DNA of 64,000 nt, from positions 13,332,001 to 13,396,000 of the forward strand of contig CM052816.1 in NCBI GenBank assembly GCA_028534125.1, given 5' to 3'. The notes under the pieces were generated by a model that was not told the origin of the DNA, did not search any database, and was given only the letters and a program-made list of their open reading frames with translations. Source of the stretch: Lama glama. Lineage: Eukaryota. This document shows positions 37,401 to 51,067 of this stretch, piece after piece (position 1 is the first letter of the stretch; every line of letters starts with the position of its first letter). Made by a program: the position numbers and the translations under genes.

Positions 37401-39589
37401 TGGCAAAGGGTCAGAAAGTCAGGTGGGAGAAAGGACTGTGCTCTGAAGCTTTATCGAGAGCTCAGGGCTTTGGTTACAAGCGAAAGAATTCAACTCCAAC
37501 TGTTTTGAGGAGGAGAGACTATTGCCTTAGGGAACAGGAACGGTCAGGTGCATCTGGACCCAGGACACGGAGCGCTGGCTCCCTTTGTCCCTCTTGGCAC
37601 CAATGTTGGGCTTCCCAGTTCCTAGGTGCACTTCCCCTGCAGGGAGACAGACGGCCACCAGCAGCCTTCATGGCTTCAGATCCAGAAAGACAGAAGTCTC
37701 TCCTTATGACAGTCCGAGAAATCCAGAAGCTGGTTCTCAGACTTCATTAGGTCCTCAGCCCGTTCCTGAATCAACCCGTCACTTCCGCTGCCTGGATGTG
37801 ACGCTCTCACAGGCCTGGCGAGGGCCACCGGTTTACCCCTGCATCCCAGGTTGGTGTCAGTCCTTCCAAACCCACAGGACCTGAGAGTAGGGGAGGGTGG
37901 CTCCCTAGAGAAAATCTGAGGTGTTGTTACCAGAAGATGGGGTAATGGCTGTCAAACAGGCAAAGAACAACAGCTATTCCCCTTGGGGTGGAAAAAATAA
38001 AGAGCACTGGAGCCTGAGTTAACCCCAGGGGGCACAAGTGGGAGACAGCACCTAGCACTTGGGTGTGCACACAGTAGGTGCCCGATAAATGCTGATAAAT
38101 GAATGGATGAATGCATGAATGAATGCTGCTTCAGATGGTTGTAGAGTAATGAAGAGCGGGTGCCTCTGGGCAGAGGATGCATAAAGGACCACAGCAGAAG
38201 GGATGCTGGGGCTGTCCCGGGCAGCATCCCGTACGCCGCGCTGCTTTCCCTCAGACCATGAGCGCTTCTAAAGGTCTTTGGATCAGCGGAGTGTCATGGT
38301 GAACATTTGGAGGAGGGAAAATCCTTGCAAATGTTAAAGTGCTGTACTTACGAGAACGCATTATCTTTTGTGGGCCAGGACAGCCCCCTTTGTTCGTGAA
38401 GGTTTTTCTGTTAAGATGTGGAATCCCTTTATCTGCACGTCCTTGAGACAGGAAAGCTGTGAGCACGTCACGGGGGGAAGAGCAGCAGGAGGCTATCTGA
38501 GTCTGATACACCCACCCCGTCTCAGGGCCTCCAAATAGGCAGCCCCACCCAGGCCAAGGCGAAGGTCTGAACTCCATCCTAACACTGGAGTTTCTCAGAC
38601 TCACATTTGAGGGATGGTTGGACAGGTCTGGGTGCGGCTCCCAGGGTGTGTGAACGTCTTTCCTAACTGAAGAGCGGTTGATGCCATGCAATTCCCTATC
38701 ATGATGAGGCATGATGTATTGACATTCTTTATCACAACTGATGTGGCAGGTGGTCCTTGATAAGAATTCTGGGGGGAAATAGCTCAACACTGATGCACCC
38801 CCCTCTCCCCCGGAATGAGCTAAATCATCAAGGGACAACTTGAATCAACTAGGGTTGGAATATGGGCAGAGGGCTCTGAATGACATGATTCCTCCCCATT
38901 CTTAGAAGATCAAGGCATAGTTTCTTCTGGTCCAGAATGGAGAACAAACATCGGAATTAAAAAAAAAAAAAGCTGTGTTTGCTGAGTTCAGGAATCAAGG
39001 CTTCTCTTTCAGTGAACTCATTCCAGGAGTGATTACACCAGAGCAGTGCTTGCCCATTTCATATTGCAATTAATATTTCAAACCGCCTGCTTGCTTTCTG
39101 AAGCGACTTTTCTAAGAGGTGCACTATTCAAATGTCGATAAATAAATACTCAGCATAAAGCGTGAGAGCCCTTAAAGACCAGAGGCAGACAGAGCCCAGG
39201 TTCAGAGGTCATTTGAGGGTAGGGGGAGCAGCACTTAAGCTGCCCTGATGTAACAAATTCCCCTGCTGCAACCTGGATCCCTCGTCCCAGGACGAGGCCC
39301 TGGCACCGTGGATGTCACTAAGGTCGTGGGCCCATTCCTGTACCAACCAATCGTTTTGGCAGGCTGGATTTGATGATCTCATAGGCCAGATCAGGGCCAC
39401 AGGTCTATCACTGGAACAAGGATATGGACTCACAGCCCACCCCAAACCCATGGAAGCGAGGGCAGGGGAGGGTGGCTCCCCAAAGAAAAACTGAGGTGCT
39501 GTTAGCAGAAGAGGAGGTACGGGCCGGCAAAAAGGCAAAAACAAGGATTCCCTTGGGGTGAGATCTCCCCCCAGGTTAGGGAAGCGTGG

Positions 39590-39790
39590 GAGTTAGGAGC
39601 GTCAATCTGCAGGGGTTGAATCTCTGCTCTGTTACTCATTAGCTCGGTGACTTTGGACAGGTTACCCAATCTCATATTTGGCTTCCTCATCCGCAAGGAG
39701 AGGGTGCCATCGGTGCCCATTTCACGGGACTGATTTGAAGATTAAAGAGATGATGCGTGTAAGGCAACCGGTACGATGGAAGTGCTTCTT
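39590..39790. mobile_element. MIR SINE
   Basis: 'gggttgaatctctgctctg...gtgactttggacaggttacc...cttcctcatc...gaagattaaagagatgatgcgtgtaa'. Confidence 0.75.
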
Positions 39791-42700
39791 GAGACTGACT
39801 TGGTGTCTGACGCCTTGCAGCAGCTCAGCCGCCCTCCCCGGGGAGACCTGGGTGAGAGGCTCCCGCTACAAGCAGACCGGAGTGGAAGTCAGATGCTTTC
39901 GGTGTCCTAAAAGCACTCAGCTACCGTCCGCTTCGAGTTCCCATGCTCTTTCCTGTAACTCTGAGTTTTTAAAATCTCATTAAGCTCAAGAGGGGGTTAA
40001 AAAGCCAAGAAAGTTCTCTGTTTTTGAGCATTAACAGATCAGGCTAGAAACACTGGCTCTCCCACAAGAAGACACACGCTCATGGGATTTTCCTGGCGGT
40101 CCCCTAATAGCCAGGAGGCCTGTCGTCAGCAGCTGGATCAGGGTGGGGTAAGGGGTCGTTTTTAAATTGTTCACTTAAAAAAAATTGACATTTTTCCAGC
40201 CAGCAAAACATGGCTGGGCCCTCCGCAGGGGCTGCCTCTTTGCCGCGTCCTCAACGATGATGGGACAGGCCAAAGACTGCAGCTGGAGTCCCTGGGGCGG
40301 CCCAGAGAACCAGCGGTGTCTGCACAGAGTTCCAAAAACGGGGAACTATTCACCCAAGAGGAGGGAGCAAAGGGCTCCTTGGAGGAAAGAAAGTTTTTCA
40401 TCATAACCCATCCTGCTCTTTCTCCAGCCACTGCAAAACCAAGCTGAGGGTTTACTAGAAATTGCACTTTCTGAAGGGCTCCCTACTGAAAAGGCCATAA
40501 GCAGGTTGTTGACATAGTTTAAGGAGGGAGGAGGCTGATGTGGGGGACTGAAGAACCAAATCAAAAATGGAAGAGAAAACTTCCAGCCAATTAAAACAGT
40601 TTGTGCACCTAGGGAAAATCGTATGTGTATATCTATGAAGAAATTAAAAGAAACTTAAGAGCATATGAGCCCAAGCAGACAGATCTATATTGGTATTTCA
40701 GTTTCACCACTTCTTAGCTTGTGTGACCTCCCTGATCCTCGGTCTCCTCATCTACAAAATTATAGCATTCCACTCACCTATTTGGAGGATTCAGTCAGTT
40801 AATGCATGTATAGTAGTGTCTAGTCCCTAGTAAGACAGTAATAAATGTTAGTTGATAGTGTCGGTTGAGAAGGCAGAAGCCTAAAAGCTAACAGGGTGGG
40901 AGAGGGTGAAACTGTTGAGTTCTCGAGAAAGCCCTTATCTCCTCATGCTCCCATCATACTGAACTCACCTTTCTCTCCTTTCTCCCCCTCACCTTCCCCT
41001 TCATGCCTTGGTCCCTGCTGTCCTTGTGCTTGGGACACTTTTCCATTCGCCTAAGTGGCCAACTTCTCTCCATCTTTCAAGACCATCTCCAACGTCCCTT
41101 CTTCGCAAAGCTTTCTCTAGCAGCTACCTCCCAGTTGGAAAGGATCAGTCTTCGTCGGAGCCTGAGACTACCTGCCACACACTGCAAGTGTCGCAACACC
41201 ACATGGTAGATGCTGGTTCTTGTCCACCTGCCCATCATCGAGGCCAACTGTGAGTGCCCTGGGGACAGAGCTCACGTCTTGTACTTCCTGGTTTCGGCAG
41301 CTCCTGGCACACCAGAGGTCCTCAAGAAGTGTTTGCTAAGCGGAAGCATAACGTGGACGGTGTTTATTCTAAAAAGATGATGGCTCGTTGTTCTCCGCTC
41401 TAAGGAAAAACAGAGGAAATGGACAGAAGCCGCATCCTGGGAAACTTCAGTCAGACACAAACAGTTCCCTTGGTGGGAGTGTTAGAGACCAGACCAAGTT
41501 CCCCTGGGACAGCGTGGAATTTCCTGTAAGGGTCTTTAGAAAAGGAATGCTTCTTATATTGTGGGTGATTCTGATGTGGGTTTGCTTGAAGGCAGGGCTC
41601 CAGCCTGGCATGAAGTTCAGGAAATCATCCATAAGTAATTCAGATGGTAGTGATGCGCCTCTTGGCTCCTGATCAGCTGGGTAACCAGATGGTTTCTTGC
41701 ACTGAGCACCAGCGAGGAGGCTGGGAAAGAATGTGGCTGCATGTGCCTCAACAGGGGGGTGGGGAGTCTCTCCAACGAGCCTGAATCCCGGGACCCGAGT
41801 GAATGGAGTAGCTTGTCAAGGATCACAGAGTCACCCAATGACCCAATTTTTTCCTTTCGACCACACGTGTAAAGTAAAAGAGGAAGGAGGAACTGGAGTC
41901 CAGGGCTTCCCTGCCTCCTTTCACTAGCTCAGCCCCCCAGGTGCTACCCGGCACCTGCCAGGGGCCAGCTCTGTGCTTATGGGGGTGTTAGGAGGGACAC
42001 AGGCATCAAACATTTTATGATAAACAGCGAATTAATTACAGGTAGAAAGTACAATGAAAGGGCAAAATGGTGTGATAGGGAACAGGTGGGAAAAGAAAGA
42101 CGGCTCCCCTTCACCAGCATTCCTTCATCTTATGTAACCCCGACAATGCGAGCATGACTCTCCCGGATCTATTTAACAAATAACAGTTCAGAAAAAGCAG
42201 AAAAACGTTAACAATTAAAAAGAAAAAGTCTTTCCTATCATTGACCACCCCCTCAAAATGCAAAAAAGGACATAGAGTCACAGTGTCAAAAGAAACACAT
42301 TAATTTTAGGGTGGACATAAGACCTGCGGGGTAAAATGTGATTTGGTACCCAGAGAAAGGACCTATGGATTCAGGTCTTAGCAAACAGAGGCTGGGGTTG
42401 GCCTCCTGGGGTCAACGACACAGGAGACTTTACAGATACACAGTGTGACAGGAGTTATTAAGTGCTGTGGATACAGTGGGTCGAAGTTTTGACCATTTCA
42501 ACTGAGAACCGTCCTGCTTTGGTCCCCACTCCCTGACGCTGACCGAGCAATGCAGGGTGACGTCCTGAAGGACACAGCCCTGGCTGAGAACACCTGCAGA
42601 CTCTGCGATGTGGTGAACCTCACCCACCCCGAGCGATACCCGTGGTCGTTAAAGGCTCTCTTGGCTGAACTCCAGCAATCCTGCCTAGCCCGGGACAGCT

Positions 42701-43780
42701 AACTGGTTGCAGCCTAGCCTGGTGCTATTAAATGCAGGGCGAGCCAAAGACACTGACATATTTGGGTAAGAGAGATGTGGTATCCGAGTGAAGGTAGAAA
42801 AAGAATTGAAAAAAGAAGGAATTAAAACCCCCATTTAATTCCAAAGATAGCAAACATGTTTGAGGTCTGAGAAAATCTTTCATTTATGTGATTTCAAGTG
42901 TCAGTCAAGGCCATTCCTAACCAACGTGCTTTCATGACCAATCGTGTGGCAAGAACTAGTAAGTGAAAAACACCAAACCAACCACAAGACGAAACACAAT
43001 TTAAGCTCTGCTCTGAATGGCTGCTAAAAGCAACATGAAAATGAAAACTTTTCCTGTTAAACAGTAGAAGTGATCGGGAAGTCTGGGGGAAGGCCGACTA
43101 CAGAGATAAGACACAGATCCGTACATACATTTCATCCTCCATGTGATGGGCATCGGACATGAGTGCCACTCAGAAGGTCTGACCTAAGCAGCGCACAACC
43201 GCACGCACGTACAACACCGCAGATGCTGGATTCTCCAGGGCAGGGTGTATGCTCGGTGAAGGCAGCAGGCGCCGTGAATCCGTTCTGTTCATAGGAGGAA
43301 ATCAGTCCTCATTAAGTGGCAAACGAGGACAGTATAAACAGCTCACGTGTGACTCACAAATTCAAATAGTCACCCGTCAGAACCAGGCACCAGGGGAGAC
43401 TCACTCCCCTTCAGCTTGTCTGGGGCAAGCTTCTGGAGCAGGAAGCCTCCCCCTCCATGCCGAGTCCTGGCTCCCCCTGTCCCCTTCTTCTGGCTCCCCT
43501 GCTCCCACAGCAGAAGCCAGGAGCTGACTGTGAACCTGGGTCTCAGGCTGCATCTTAGCAGGTACCCGGGGAGGGGGAGATGTGGGGATGTGAACAAATT
43601 ACATGAGTCAGCCTGCGAGAGTATGTTACAAGTAACTGATTGACAACCTGTGTGACACACCCAGCTGTGTGGAGGGTACTGTCTGCGTTCTGGCTCTTTG
43701 ATTACCCCTTACTGTGTTAATGAAGTTCCAGAAAATGTTTGATTTGAAACTTGAATTGAGGAAGAATAAAAAATGTACTC

Positions 43781-44180
43781 TAGGGAAAGACAAATATCAC
43801 ATGATATCACTTATACGTGGAATCTAAAAAAACGAGACAAATGAACTTACAAAACAGAAAGAGACTCACAGACACAGAAAACAAACTTATGGTTACCAAA
43901 GGGGACGGGGGGGGGCGGGGGTGTGGCGATAAACTAGAAGTTTGGTATTAATAGATCCAAACCACTAGATATAAAATAGGTAAACAACAAGGTCCTACTG
44001 AATAGCACGGAGAACTATATATATTCAGTATCTTGTAATGGCCTGTAATGGAAAACAATATGAAAAAGAATAAGGTATACAATATACATACACACATACA
44101 TATGTACAACCGAATCCCTGTGCTGTACACCAGAAACTAACACAACATTGTAAGTCAATTGCACTTCAATTAAAAAAAAA
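43781..44180 (+). mobile_element. 5'-truncated LINE-1 3' end with TSD
   Basis: Artiodactyl L1 3' UTR with poly(A). 'aaaaaatgtactc' is repeated at 43768-43780 and 44175-44187. Confidence 0.9.
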
Positions 44181-44342
44181 TGTACTCCGGGAGACAAGTC
44201 AGAAACATTCATCGGAACGTGACTCTTCGGGGCTTCATTGTTTAACATGCCTGACAGCTCCCCCTCCAGTTCCCTCACAGTTGACCTTCTCCCCAAAGGA
44301 ACCCAGAGCTCCCCAGAGCACGTCAGAAATCAGCACTGAAGT

Positions 44343-44507
44343 ACACTGTATAGCACAGGGAAATATACACAAAATGTTATGATAAATCACAGAGAAAAAA
44401 CTGTGACAATGAGTGTGTATATGTCCATGAATGACTGAAAAATTGTGCTGAACACTGGAATTTGACACAACATTGTAAAATGATTATAAATCAATAAAAA
44501 AAAAAAA
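44343..44507 (+). mobile_element. Short young LINE-1 3' end with 18-bp TSD
   Basis: 'ctgtatagcacagggaaatatacac...gacacaacattgtaaaatgattataaatcaataaaaaaaa'. TSD agaaatcagcac(t/c)gaagt at 44325-44342 and 44508-44525. Confidence 0.92.
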
Positions 44508-44879
44508 AGAAATCAGCACCGAAGTTGTCGCCGGTGACCGCAGGAGCCCAGACCCGTGACCTTTGATCATGGTCTTTGCCTGTTTGACAAAAATATTAAA
44601 ATGTGCCTCATGTCAAAACTTTACCAGAAACTCAAGAAACAAACGCATCACCAAATGGAAAAGTCATTTAATTCAAAAATCATACTTCCACTCATTTCAT
44701 CGAGATTGTCACATAAACCAACCGAACGTAAGAAGCCAAGTTTCAGAGGCCACTTGACAGAAACTGCATTTTCTCTTTAGATATGCTTAGTGACGCAAAA
44801 GCACAGGTTTTTTTTTTTTTTCCTTATAAAGCCTGAACATGGCAAAACTGTTTTACGAATCACAGGGAAAAAGCTCTAA

Positions 44880-47800
44880 TCTAGTCACAAATTACTGTTT
44901 AATTACGAAAATGGATTCTACACACTAGTCAATATTCAATACTGAATTGAAGTTTAAAACAGTGCATTTATGATTTTTTAAAAAAAAACATTAAAGTGCC
45001 ATTTTAAGTAGTTTACTGATATTATGTCCCACAGCACTTTATAATATACTCAAAAGTAGCCTAAATTAGGAATTAAGCATGCAAATATTGTCTTCTCTGA
45101 AATATGGACAGAATGCCTTTTAGAGTGCTTGTGAACACTGGCCTAGGAATCGCTACCGGCTGTTTACAAGTGTGATCTTTTTTCCAACATGACTCTTAAT
45201 AAGTTAATGAGGACTACAGCTGTAGACCATAACCATTCGATAAACACGGACGAAGTTTTCAAATGGCACTACACTGACGTCTTTGATCATTTTGATAGTC
45301 AATCAACAGCCTGTCTTGCTTCTCTAGTTCTCAACCTTCAAACCTTAAAGGCTGTCAAGGCTCAGCGGCTGCCAGCTTGTGTGGGTTTCTAGAAGAGTCT
45401 ACATCTTTACATATATAAATGTGAGCTGTACACACACACACACACAAACACATACTGATATGTAAATACTTAAGAATCATCATAAGATGAACCTCTTAGC
45501 GCAGGTACGAGGTTGACCCTGGCACCTGAAGACCCAAGGAAGCGGCTTGTAGGTGTCTGTTTGGACAACTTTGTAGAAATGGTTGATGTAGAATGGTGGC
45601 GGGTGTCCTGGCCTCTCCAGGACTGCTCCAGGTAATTCTGACATTTTGATGATCACTACTCGTGGTTCTCAAGGACTACACCAAAGAGAGTTTTGACATA
45701 GTAAGGGTTGCCACCCTTACGTGGGTCTAGGACTGTGCCAAGCCTTTGCTCTCTAAAGCATTCTGCCTTCAGAGATGTTTTCATCTTGTAGTCTCCTGCA
45801 AAACTGCTGTAAAAGCCTTAGTTGTGAATTTCCTCTGTGATAGATTTTTCCCCCTATATTTATCCCTCTCATAAAAAAATCTTAAGTTCTTCAGTATGGT
45901 TTGTCTTTCTCTTTTTGCTCCCAGCGTTACTTTACATCCAACCCTTTTTCTCCTAACAATACATGTGCTACCATTAGAAGATCACATCTCAGCAAGGGCT
46001 GCCTCTGAAAGATGCCTGGATTCTCTGTACGGCCTCTCCTGCTTTGGGGAGCTGTTTAGTGACAGCAGTACTGTAGGCAGTGAAAGGAAAAAAGCTAATG
46101 ATTACTTGCTGGAGTCTGGTCTCAGGCATGCAGGAGGTTTGTGCAAGGTCCATTCCTCTGCTGCTGTTGTCATCTGGATGCAACACTGACAGAGAACTGG
46201 TCTAGCACTCAGCGCACCAGTGTGGTTGCCAAACACATTTGAGCAGGATGAGATACATTTTTGGAACACCAGCGCAGGGTGTGTGAGAAGACACCCAGCT
46301 GACTTAAAAGAGGTGTGGGGCAGGGTTGTCTAGGTAACTGAGTACTGTCTGCTGTGCTAGATATGGTAGATAACTCACTAGTAGAACACCCAGGAAGTTC
46401 CTTTTAAAGTCAGGTAGCTAAGAGGTTTTTTGGTTTCTTCAAGGCTGGCTACCTACCTACTTGGGTATCATGGTTGCTCCTAAAACATTCAGAATTAAAG
46501 TGAACTGTGAGTGCCATGAGAGCCACTGTTGTACCTGGGAATCTAGAAAACTGAGCGGTCCTGACTTGCTTTTGGAAACAGAAGCGAGAAGATGAAAGGT
46601 GCCAACGGATGGTCATGAATATCTGGTCACGTTATCTTTACTTGATTATTTCTGTCTGCCTCCTCCTCAATCACGGGTGTTTTTGGTCAAGACAGAGCTT
46701 TCGGTGTGACTGGGATGGCCTATTTTCAAGAGACACAAACTCTGACGGCAGAAAGACTTCCCTTTGAGCTACAGGTGTGGCACACATAAGCACACAGTCC
46801 TGGAAAATGCTGAAATGACCTCGTCACCAGCATGGCTCTGTGCTAATGCCAGTTGGCCAATACTTGAATGCTCGCTTTCTGTGTTATCTTCTTGCCTTTC
46901 TGTCCAAAAAGCACTACTCCGCAAGAGGAGAGGAACTGGAATTATGTTAGGAAAAAAAAAACCACAACAGTTTGGTCTGTTAGAGGAAAACACATATTGG
47001 CTGTAGAAATATGAAGCTAAAAACTGGCCCCAGTCCTAGGATTCCAAGGCAGGCAGTGCAGGGTCCATCCCTCTATATTTAGATTTGAAGGCAGAAGGGA
47101 GTATCATCAGCCTTGAGCAAGTCAGGAATTTCCTTGGTGGGGGAAGGGCTTGAAACGATTATCTTCTCAAGGCATTGCATCCTGCAGCCAAGGGATTCTG
47201 TGAGTGCCTTGAGGAGGAGTAACCTTGGGACCCCAGAACAATGCAGGCTGTGCGCGCCTACCTGATCCCAGGGCCTTCCGGAAGAAACACGAGGCTCCTG
47301 GCAAAGCTCAGGGATTTGGGTCAACTGTCTTCCACTCTGATACCCAGTCCACTCCCCTCACCTGCTCTAAGACCCCCTATCGCAGCAGTCAGAGCTAGAG
47401 GTGGGAAGCACAGACGGGGGGAGGGGAACACCCATTTTCCGTCTTCAAGTTCCTACTTATTTGTTGGCTCCTATTCTGAACAGCGTCTCCAGGTCTGTGG
47501 CCATGAGGGAAAAGGGGAGCCTGGCTGGGGAAAGGGAAACAGGGCAGCCATCTGTCATGGGCCTGGCATGGCCCAGAGAAGCCAGGAAGGGGTCTACCTA
47601 AAAATTCCCATTGGCAGCGGCCCCATCTCTCTCGGCTTCAGATCAGGGCCAACTGAGGAGGGAGGGACTTTCCAAGTGGTCAAGCTGGAGCCAAGTGTCA
47701 ACAGGCACGCTTCAGCAAGGAACTCCCAAAGCCAGGGCCTGGGCCTTCTGGTCCCCCTACATTAGCTCTAGTTAAGAGTCCATTGGGGCAGGTGACAATT

Positions 47801-50572
47801 TAAAATGTCGAATGTGCTAAAAGCATACTCTATTTGGAAAGCACAGCGGTATGGGGGCTGCTTGTCCCTTCTGGCTCCTGTGAACAGGTCCTCAAGCTGT
47901 TCCAAGTCCGCAAGGAGCAGGTGTAGCCTTTCCTTCTTGGGTTTTCAGTGGTAGCTTTCCTGAGTCCTACCTTGGTCCTGTCCAGTCTTAATCCTTGTTC
48001 CCTGATTCAGCGGTAGCATCTCACTTGCTGCTTGGTGAGCTCCTGGGTAATAGTGTAATCCTTGAGCTGACGAACCGAATCACAGCGCCAAACTCCTATT
48101 AACTTTCAAACCATCTGTAACAGCACAATCTCCACCCCTCTTTGGAGTTTTTCCCCCTTTTATAATGGGGTCATAGGAAATCTGAGATGAATAGGAGGGG
48201 GCAGAAACTTGTTTAGGGAGAGGGGAAGCAGCAGCATCTTGAGAACTAAAGATCCTAAGAAACCAGTTGTTCTTAGAACTTAGACACACACAACATTTGC
48301 AAACTAGCTTAGCCTCTTTCATAAAGCCTTAGAAGATGTGCAGAAGAGTCAGCCTTAAGGAGCACGCAAGTATCCCATCTCCTTCTGTCCTGGTATCCTG
48401 GGGTACCAAGAAATACACCTGAGAAGAAAAATGAAAAAAAAAACAAAACCCAAAACGAAAAAAAAAAAAACAAAAAGACCCCACCTTAACCCCTGGCCTC
48501 ACCTATTTAAATCCTGAGCTTCATCTTACTACCAGGTAGGAGTCCTTTGAAAAGTTCATTGCCTGGAGATGCTCTTTCCATCTCCAAATCCAAAGACCAA
48601 GAGATGCTCAGAAACACATCTGGATAAAGAAGACTGAACACCACTGACGTGTCATGTCCACCAACGAGAACCAGAAGAGAGTGTGCAAGAACTATCTCCT
48701 CATTCCTCAAGGCCACAGAGGGCGTGACCTTGACTCCCTGCAACCTGGCGTCCTCTCTCTCCCTCTTACACACACTTGTTCAGAAATCAGAGCTTAAACG
48801 CGTGGAGCTTCAAGAATATCAAATATAAAACTTTGCCATAAAGTATTTCAAATCACTCTATTTACAATTTATCTTTTCAAAAAAAAATGTAAAAGATACA
48901 GTAATTCAACACAATTCAAGTTTTTCTTTTCTTCTTTAAAGTTCCCTAAAAAGGAATTCCAGAGGCAGGAAACACTCTGGAGAAAGGCTGCCCTCCCGAG
49001 GGGCTCCGAAGGAGCTCGACAGTCCCTTAGTCTGGAGTTGGTCCAGAATCACTCCTGCAAGGACATTCAAATGCGGAAGATACTGGAACTCTCTTCTTTG
49101 GAGGCCAAGTGAATTGGAAACATCCAGGCCAAACTTCCCCACCCAAGGCGGCCTTCCACAAGGCCCAGCCCCTTCTGGTCCAAGTAGGAAATTCTCTTTC
49201 TCAGAGGGTACCTGTCCCACCCTCCATGCCCCGACCTTTTGGTGTCCTCCTAAATCACAATGGCTTACGATATTCGTCTCATGCCTCAAAAGCCTGAGGA
49301 ACAATTCCCTTTTTCTGAGTAGCAGTAAACATAGATGCCCTTTTAAACTAGAGGTCAAGGGGCTAGCCCAGGAATCAGGCCTGAATACCACCAGGGCACC
49401 AGTGCTCAGCAGCCCAGGGCACCGCCTGGGGGGCCGGTCAGTGATGGCCTAGAGGTGGACAAGCACCAGGGGAGGGATGGGTGAATGGGAGGCCACAAGG
49501 GAATGAATCAGAGGGAGGGGGTCACCCATTGGGAGGCAGCACATTGCCCTCTGGAAAGCAAACACGAGTTGCATGGAAGAACAGAAATATGAAGCCTGTA
49601 TGAAATTTAATCTCAAGAGGTTACTAGAGTTTGCTCCAAATATATCCTGGTGCTGCTGAAACTCATCAGAAAGGGAACAGCTCCCAGCTGCTATTTGCTC
49701 TGCCCCCAAGGAGACCACTCTCCTGCCTTGATCGTCCGCTTCAGGTTGTTGGAAAACCATTCAAAAAACGACCGAAAGTGGGGAAGGGAAAAAACACACG
49801 TCGCGCAGAAGAGTATGTGTGATTCTTCGGTTTGGTTTCAGAGTAGGCTGGGTTGCCGTGGTTACGAGGCGATGGCAGCCCTCGGTGGCAGAGAAGTTCC
49901 TAGCTTGGGGGAGGGGGGCCGTGGGGTGCGTGTGCTCCCTTGCATGAGAGGACTGGACAGAATTCTGCTGACGCTGGGCCAACGGCTGCTTGAGAGATGG
50001 TGAGAGATTGGATCTTATGTAAACAGTGCCGTAACCCCTCTCCATCCTGCCTGCGAACAGGCCCAGCTGCCTGGAGCACTGTGGGTCTCAAGTAATTAGA
50101 GGTGGGATAGACAGAGCATCTACTGTAAACAGAGGCAGTGGATCCAGCCTGGATCTCAGGCACTGCCCGGCCCTGCCAGAGCCGGCCACACTGCCTGCTC
50201 CTGGGGACTACTTCTGCCTCACTTACTTCCTTGTTCAGAAGGTTGGGGTTTGGATGACTGTCGAAACAACATGGACACCCCCCATTTAGGGTGCTACACG
50301 AGAGCGATGGCTTTGTAAGCCTTTCCCTTGGTGATCAAAGTCAAGTGGCCTCCTCTGCTGATCTACTGTTTTGTGCAGTATCACCGCATGTCAGCTGAGA
50401 TGATCATGGGGATGGGTGACACCAGAGTTCACAGAAACATTTGTGTCGACAGGTAGCAGCAGAGTCAGTCACCCCGCATTTCTCAGCGGCGAAGAGGAGC
50501 GGCCCACAACACTGGCATCGGCGGTCGTCACGGACACCGTGGAAAGCTCAGCAGCTCTGCTGGGGCCCATGG
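44880..50572 (-). other. ARHGAP26: ARHGAP26 long 3' UTR (distal end tentative)
   Basis: Repeat-poor sequence downstream of the stop codon, with AU-rich blocks at ~48800-48960 and ~44880-45060. Candidate ATTAAA on the - strand at 44898-44903. Confidence 0.55.
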
Positions 50573-50661
50573 TTAGAGGAACTCCACGTAGTTCTCAGGG
50601 ATGAGTCCCGTCTTTCCATTCAGAGTCCCCTCCAACCAGCCAGGCTCCTGAGACGGATGAA
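50573..50661 (-). CDS. ARHGAP26: Rho GTPase-activating protein 26 (GRAF1) last coding exon: (V)[28 protein letters not shown]
   Basis: SH3 C-terminal motifs ([13 protein letters not shown]). Acceptor AG at 50663-50662 with a pyrimidine tract. TAA at 50575-50573. ARHGAP26 is the known convergent neighbour of NR3C1. Confidence 0.97.
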
Positions 50662-51032
50662 CTGTACAGGGAGGCGGAGAGGGAACAAGAAGAGATGACG
50701 TTACAGACGGGGCAGGAGGCGGACGTGCGCTGTGTGTGTGTGCAGGAGGTTTAGGGGCTGAGTGTAGCTGCTCATCACATTATGTAACGCTAGGACTTGC
50801 TTAAACCAGAGGTTCTGAACCTACTGGGGGATCTGATAAAGGTCGTTTTAAACTTTCTCCACAACAAAAAGTGAAAAGACACAGACATTCAAAATTCTGC
50901 ATACAATTTTAGGGGTTTCATGGACTTTCTGAAGTTTCTGGTTTAAACTATAAAGAAGTCATAGATTCCTGCTTTTTAGGTTCAAGGTCACAGTTATGAT
51001 TCTCCATCTATATATTTATGTGTGCATGCACA

Positions 51033-51067
51033 CATCCATCCATCCATCCATCCATCCATCCATCCAT
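51033..51067. repeat. (CATC)n tetranucleotide microsatellite
   Basis: About 8 perfect units. Confidence 0.95.

Noticed and set aside
43901..43921. G-rich run as a special G-quadruplex element
   Set aside because: It is the ordinary polypurine tract of an L1 3' UTR.
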